Shown here in pieces: positions 58,901-64,000 of a stretch of DNA of 64,000 nucleotides. Numbering within the stretch: position 1 is the stretch's first letter; each line of letters starts with the position of its first letter. The DNA is taken from assembly GCA_964057225.1 (NCBI GenBank), contig OZ059900.1, positions 23,622,001 to 23,686,000 of the forward strand, read 5' to 3'. This stretch comes from Auanema rhodensis. Taxonomy: Eukaryota > Animalia > Nematoda. Position numbers and translations under genes: made by a program. Under the pieces are notes generated by a model. It did not search any database. It was not told the DNA's origin and saw only the letters and a list, made by a program, of their open reading frames with translations.

Positions 58901-61900
58901 ACAATACGACTTAGTTTACTCAATCATATCAAGCTTCATGAACACGGACTGTTTGTGCAATAGATGATAGCAATGATAGTTTCGTTTCTTTTTTTAACTA
59001 ACTTTCCAGTACGCGAGTTATCATATTTAGAACGCGATTGCTTCATAATGAAAAATGTTTAGAGCCTGCACTGATAATATAACTGGCAACAGGCAATACT
59101 AAAACATTTGAATGACAGCTTTATTACAATAGGACTTAGTTTACTCAATCATACCAATCTTCATGAACACGGACTGCTTGTGTAATATATAATAGCAATA
59201 ATAGTTTCGTTTCTGTTTTCAAATAACTTTCCAGTACGCGAGTTATTATATTTAGGCTCTAAATAATATAACTGGAAACAGGCAGTACGCGATACGCAAA
59301 TATTTGAATGACAGCTTTAATACAATACGACTTAGCTTACTCAATCATATCAAGCTTCATGAACAGGGACTGCTTGTGTAATAGATGATAGCAATGATAG
59401 TTTCGTTTCTTTTTTTAATTAACTTTCCAGTACGCGAGTTATCATATTTAGAACGCGATTGCTTCATAATGAAAAATGTTTAGAGCCTGCACTGATAATA
59501 TAACTGGCAACAGGCAATACGGAAACATTTGAATGACAGCTTTATTACAATACGACTTAGTTTACTCAATCATATCAAGCTTCATGAACACGGACTGTTT
59601 GTGCAATAGATGATAGCAATGATAGTTTCGTTTCTTTTTTTAACTAACTTTCCAGTACGCGAGTTATAATATTTAGAACGCGATTCCTTGATAATGAAAA
59701 ACTTTCAGAGCCTGCACTGATAATATAACTGGAAACAGGCAATACTAAAACATTTGAATGACAGCTTTATTACAATAGGACTTAGTTTACTCAATCATAC
59801 CAATCTTCATGAACACGGACTGTTTGTGCAATAGATGATAGCAATGATAGTTTCGTTTCTGTTTTTAATTAACTTTCCTGTACGCGAGTTATAATATTTA
59901 GAACGTGATTCTTTGATTATAAAAAACTTTCAGAGCCTGCACTGATAATATAACTGGCAACAGGCAATACGCAAACATTTGAATGACAGCTTTATTACAA
60001 TACGACTTAGTTTACTCAATCATATCAAGCTTCATGAACACGGACTGTTTGTGCAATAGATGATAGCAATGATAGTTTCGTTTCTTTTTTTAACTAACTT
60101 TCCAGTACGCGAGTTATAATATTTAGAACGCGATTCCTTGATAATGAAAAATTTTTAGAGCCTGCACTGATAATATAACTGGCAACAGGCAATACGCAAA
60201 CATTTGAATGACAGCTTTATTACAATACGACTTAGTTTACTCAATCATATCAAGCTTCATGAACACGGACTGTTTGTGCAATAGATGATAGCAATGATAG
60301 TTTCGTTTCTTTTTTTAACTAACTTTCCAGTACGCGAGTTATAATATTTAGAACGCGATTCCTTGATAATGAAAAATTTTTAGAGCCTGCACTGATAATA
60401 TAACTGGCAACAGGAAATACGCAAACATTTGAATGACAGCTTTATTACAATACGACTTAGTTTACTCAATCATATCAAGCTTCATGAACACGGACTGTTT
60501 GTGCAATAGATGATAGCAATGATAGTTTCGTTTCTTTTTTTAACTAACTTTCCAGTACGCGAGTTATAATATTTAGAACGCGATTCCTTGATAATGAAAA
60601 ACTTTCAGAGCCTGCACTGATAATATAATTGGAAACAGGCAGTACGCAATACGCAAACATTTGAATGACAGCTTTATTATAATACGACTTAGTTTACTCA
60701 ATTATATCAAGCTTCATGAACACGGACTGCTTGTGTAATATATAATAGCAATAATAGTTTCGTTTCTGTTTTCAAATAACTTTCCAGTACGCGAGTTATT
60801 ATATTTAGAACGTGATTCCTTCATAATGAAAAATTTTTAGAGCCTGCACTGATAATATAACTGGAAACAGGCAGTACGCGATACGCAAATATTTGAATGA
60901 CAGCTTTAATACAATACGACTTAGCTTACTCAATCATATCAAGCTTCATGAACAGGGACTGCTTGTGTAATAGATGATAGCAATGATAGTTTCGTTTCTT
61001 TTTTTAATTAACTTTCCAGTACGCGAGTTATCATATTTAGAACGCGATTGCTTCATAATGAAAAATGTTTAGAGCCTGCACTGATAATATAACTGGCAAC
61101 AGGCAATACGGAAACATTTGAATGACAGCTTTATTACAATACGACTTAGTTTACTCAATCATATCAAGCTTCATGAACACGGACTGTTTGTGCAATAGAT
61201 GATAGCAATGATAGTTTCGTTTCTTTTTTTAACTAACTTTCCAGTACGCGAGTTATAATATTTAGAACGCGATTCCTTGATAATGAAAAACTTTCAGAGC
61301 CTGCACTGATAATATAACTGGAAACAGGCAATACTAAAACATTTGAATGACAGCTTTATTACAATAGGACTTAGTTTACTCAATCATACCAATCTTCATG
61401 AACACGGACTGCTTGTGTAATATATAATAGCAATAATAGTTTCGTTTCTGTTTTTAATTAACTTTCCTGTACGCGAGTTATAATATTTAGAACGTGATTC
61501 TTTGATTATAAAAAACTTTCAGAGCCTGCACTGATAATATAACTGGCAACAGGCAATACGCAAACATTTGAATGACAGCTTTATTACAATACGACTTAGT
61601 TTACTCAATCATATCAAGCTTCATGAACACGGACTGTTTGTGCAATAGATGATAGCAATGATAGTTTCGTTTCTTTTTTTAACTAACTTTCCAGTACGCG
61701 AGTTATAATATTTAGAACGCGATTCCTTGATAATGAAAAATTTTTAGAGCCTGCACTGATAATATAACTGGCAACAGGCAATACGCAAACATTTGAATGA
61801 CAGCTTTATTACAATACGACTTAGTTTACTCAATCATATCAAGCTTCATGAACACGGACTGTTTGTGCAATAGATGATAGCAATGATAGTTTCGTTTCTT

Positions 61901-64000
61901 TTTTTAACTAACTTTCCAGTACGCGAGTTATAATATTTAGAACGCGATTCCTTGATAATGAAAAATTTTTAGAGCCTGCACTGATAATATAACTGGCAAC
62001 AGGAAATACGCAAACATTTGAATGACAGCTTTATTACAATACGACTTAGTTTACTCAATCATATCAAGCTTCATGAACACGGACTGTTTGTGCAATAGAT
62101 GATAGCAATGATAGTTTCGTTTCTTTTTCTAACTAACTTTCCAGTACGCGAGTTATAATATTTAGAACGCGATTCCTTGATAATGAAAAACTTTCAGAGC
62201 CTGCACTGATAATATAATTGGAAACAGGCAGTACGCAATACGAAAACATTTGAATGACAGTTTTATTATAATACGACTTAGTTTACTCAATTATATCAAG
62301 CTTCATGAACACGGACTGCTTGTGTAATATATAATAGCAATAATAGTTTCGTTTCTGTTTTTAATTAACTTTCCTGTACGCGAGTTATAATATTTAGAAC
62401 GTGATTCTTTGATTATAAAAAACTTTCAGAGCCTGCACTGATAATATAATTGGAAACAGGCAGTACGCAATACGCAAACATTTGAATGGCAGCTTTATTA
62501 CAATACGACTTAGTTTACTCAATTATATCAAGCTTCATGAACACGGACTGTTTGTGCAATAGATGATAGCAATGATAATTTCGTTTCTTTTTTCAATTAA
62601 CTTTCCAGTACGCGAGTTATTATATTTAGAACGTGATTCCTTCATAATGAAAACTTTTTAGAGCCTGCACTGATAATATAACTGGAAACAGGCAATACTA
62701 AAACATTTGAATGACAGCTTTATTACAATAGGACTTAGTTTACTCAATCATACCAATCTTCATGAACGCGGACTGTTTGTGTAATAGATAATAGCAATAA
62801 TAGTTTCGTTTCTGTTTTTAATTAACTTTCCTGTACGCGAGTTATAATATTTAGAACGTGATTCCTTGATTATGAAAAACTTTCAGAGCCTGCACTGATA
62901 ATATAATTGGAAACAGGCAGTACGCAATAGGCAAACATTTGAATGACAGCTTTATTACAATACGACTTAGTTTACTCAATTATATCAAGCTTCATGAACA
63001 CGGACTGCTTGTGTAATATATAATAGCAATAATAGTTTTGTTTCTGTTTTTAATTAACTTTCCTGTACGCGAGTTACAATATTTAGAACGTGATTCCTTC
63101 ATAATGAAAAATTTTTAGAGCCTGCACTGATAATATAACTGGAAACAGGCAATACTAAAACATTTGAATGACAGCTTTATTACAATAGGACTTAGTTTAC
63201 TCAATCATATCAAGCTTCATGAACACGGACTGTTTGTGCAATAGATGATAGCAATGATTATTTCGTTTCTTTTTTCAATTAACTTTCCAGTACGCGAGTT
63301 ATTATATTTAGAACGTGATTCCTTCATAATGAAAAATTTTTAGAGCCTGCACTGATAATATAATTGGAAACAGGCAGTACGCAATACGCAAACATTTGAA
63401 TGACAGCTTTATTACAATACGACTTAGCTTACTCAATCATATCAAGCTTCATGAACAGGGACTGTTTGTGTAATAGATGATAGCAATGATAGTTTCGTTT
63501 CTTTTTTTAATTAACTTTCCAGTACGCGAGTTATCATATTTAGAACGCGATTGCTTCATAATGAAAAATGTTTAGAGCCTGCACTGATAATATAACTGGC
63601 AACAGGCAATACGCAAACATTTGAATGACAGCTTTATTACAATAGGACTTAGTTTACTCAATCATACCAATCTTCATGAACACGGACTGTTTGTGTAATA
63701 GATAATAGCAATAATAGTTTCGTTTCTGTTTTTAATTAACTTTCCTGTACGCGAGTTATAATATTTAGAACGTGATTCCTTGATTATGAAAAATTTTTAG
63801 AGCCTGCACTGATAATATAACTGGAAACAGGCAGTACGCGATACGCAAATATTTGAATGACAGCTTTATTACAATACGACTTAGTTTACTCAATCATATC
63901 AAGAGTCATGAACACGGACTGTTTGTGTAATAGATAATAGCAATAATAGTTTCGTTTCTGTTTTCAAATAACTTTCCAGTACGCGAGTTATTATATTTAG
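53000..64000 (+). repeat. Right-end higher-order repeats with periods 3649 bp (16-mer), 5195 bp (23-mer = 16+7) and 1589 bp (7-mer)
   Basis: AATAGGCAAA at 54082/57731/62926, TTTCTAACT variant at 56934/62129, CAATACGAAA at 57041/62236, AAGAGTCATG at 55057/63901 (8844 = 3649+5195). Confidence 0.88.
59176..59371 (+). other. Truncated 196-bp monomer: 43-bp deletion replaced by a 7-bp inverted templated insertion
   Basis: TTTAG-GCTCTAA-ATAATATA at 59251-59270. AGGCTCTAAA is the reverse complement of TTTAGAGCCT from the deleted segment. Confidence 0.9.

Larger units (their letters stand above)
1..64000. repeat. Tandem satellite DNA array, 232/225-bp AT-rich monomer, about 278 copies, extending beyond both window edges
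   Basis: The monomer start G(C/T)TTGTG(T/C)AAT recurs at 1, 233, 465, 697, 929, 1161, 1393, 1625, then 1850 (225-bp step), and continues to the window end. No non-satellite sequence seen. Confidence 0.99.

Noticed and set aside
1-64000. CRISPR array or a repeat-spacer / diversity-generating cassette system
   Set aside because: There are no unique spacers; whole monomers are near-identical and no cas, reverse transcriptase or recombinase gene is present.
1-64000. Tandem-repeat protein-coding gene
   Set aside because: 232 is not a multiple of 3, and the six-frame ORF track reports only one 72-codon ORF in 64 kb.
1-64000. Transposon insertion, large inversion or telomeric repeats
   Set aside because: None seen; monomer register and orientation are kept throughout, apart from the 10-bp inverted patch at 59254-59263.

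Overview
The whole 64 kb window is one uninterrupted head-to-tail satellite DNA array of roughly 278 monomers. The monomer is AT-rich (about 32% GC, counted on monomer 1-232). It occurs as a 232-bp long form and a 225-bp short form that lacks one copy of an internal 7-bp repeat. All monomers are in the same orientation. I found no credible gene, RNA gene, CRISPR array or mobile element, and the single listed ORF is a chance by-product of a 1-bp deletion. The interest is structural. Diagnostic variants show nested, irregular higher-order duplications with periods of 2, 3, 6, 7, 8, 9, 11, 12, 16, 17, 23 and 31 monomers. Monomers are mosaics of a few haplotype modules. The variant set changes near 37.9 kb and short monomers become much more frequent toward the right end. 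One monomer at ~59.2 kb carries a deletion filled by a templated inverted insertion. This looks like eukaryotic centromeric or pericentromeric heterochromatin, but function and species cannot be determined from the sequence, and I cannot support a novel gene-based system here. All offsets were counted by eye from marker variants.
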